Assembly: GCA_013239625.1 (NCBI GenBank)
Contig: MU053561.1
Span: forward strand, 1,056,826 to 1,120,825
From: Lama guanicoe
Taxonomy: Eukaryota
Direction of reading: 5' to 3'
DNA length: 64,000 nt
Below the pieces are notes generated by a model. The model was given only the letters and a program-made list of their open reading frames with translations. It searched no databases and was not told where the DNA came from. Below, piece by piece: positions 62,983 through 64,000 of this stretch. The number at the start of each line of letters is the position of its first letter. The stretch's first letter is position 1. A program made the translations under genes and the position numbers.

Positions 62983-64000
62983 TTTTTTTTGCATTATAGT
63001 TCATGTATAATATTATGTCAGTTTCAGGGGCACAACATAGTGATTCAGCATTTAACTACATTACCAAGTGATCACCACAGTAAATCTAGTACCCATCTCT
63101 CCACATACGAAGTTATTACAGTATTATTGCCATATTCTTACGCTGTATATCAACATCCCTGTGACTTGCTTATTTTATTACTAGAAGTTTGAATCTCTAA
63201 ATTTCCTTCACTTATTGCACCCAACTCCCAACTGTTCTCCTCTCCTCCTCTCCTCCAACCACCCATTTTTTTGTCTGTGTCTATGAGTGTTTTCATTTTG
63301 TTTTGTTAGTATGTTTTATTTATTAGATTTCACTTACAAGGGAGATCATTTGGTATTTGCCTTTCTCTGTCTGACTTATTTCACTTAGCATAATACCTTC
63401 TAGAGCCATCCATGTTGTTGAAAATGGCAAGACTTCATTCTTTTTTATGGCTGAGTAATATTCCATCATATATTAATACCACATCTTCTTTAATAATTCA
63501 TGTATCAGTGGTTGCTTCCCTATCTTGACTGTTGTAAACAATGCTGCAGTGAACACAGAGGTGCATACATCGTGTGCTCGCTTCGGCAGCACGTATACTA
63601 AAATTGGAACGATACAGAGGTGCATACATCTTTTTCAAGTTCATGGTTTTGGTTTCTTTGGGTAAATACCCGGAAGTAGAATTGGTGGTTTATATGGTAG
63701 TTCTATTTTTTTTTTTTTGAGAAACCTCAATACTGTTTTCCATAGTTGTTGCACTAATTTATATAATCCCATCAATAGTGCATGAGAGTTACCTTTTCTT
63801 CACATTCTTGCCAACACTTGTTATTTGTTGTCTTTTTGGTGAGCCATTCTGACAGGCATGGGGTGATGTCTCATTTTGGTTTTGATTTGCATTTCCCTGA
63901 TGAATAGTGATGTACACCTTTTCACGTATCTGTTGGCCATGTATGTCTTCTTTGGAAAAATGTCTGTTCTGATCTTCTGCTCATTTTTAAAAATCAGGTT
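62983..64000 (-). mobile_element. Older L1 (L1MA-like), running off the window
   Basis: Reverse L1 3' UTR and ORF2 end: ctgacttatttcacttagcataatacc...tttttatggctgagtaatattcca...gttttgatttgcatttccctgatg. Confidence 0.92.
63574..63619 (+). pseudogene. 3'-truncated U6 snRNA retropseudogene (U6 nt 1-46)
   Basis: gtgctcgcttcggcagcacgtatactaaaattggaacgatacagag equals the U6 5' end with one mismatch (A20G). Flanked by a 17-bp direct repeat and inserted in an L1. No U6 promoter or terminator. Confidence 0.95.

Noticed and set aside
63574..63619. Functional U6 snRNA gene or U6-L1 chimera
   Set aside because: Only 46 nt, with no upstream PSE/TATA and no terminator. It is opposite in orientation to the host L1 and has its own TSD.

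Overview
Mammalian genomic DNA, probably camelid (a short tRNA-derived SINE resembling camelid Vic-1 lies at 17221-17349). The only protein-coding content I can support is the 3' part of the T-box transcription factor gene TBX15 on the + strand. It has three phase-compatible coding exons (3371-3435, 16774-16871, 26042-26826), a ~1.7 kb 3' UTR and a poly(A) signal at 28504. The remaining ~35 kb has no recognisable gene and is rich in repeats (L1, L2, CR1/L3, MIR, LTRs, hAT elements). Apart from the three TBX15 exons and the retroelement-derived frames, the ORF track looks like chance. I found no convincing new multi-gene system. The most notable signals are: an orphan CpG-rich promoter-like element (SP/E2F/ETS/YY1 motifs) ~4 kb past the TBX15 3' end; a tailless U6 retrocopy whose 3' end overlaps its target-site duplication (TSD); a probable L1 3'-transduction; a poly(A)-only insertion near a TBX15 exon; stacked in-register L1 3' ends; an unexplained 148-bp ungapped duplication; and a candidate poison exon. 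Repeat family names come from recalled consensus sequences, not a search, and repeat boundaries are approximate unless a TSD is given.
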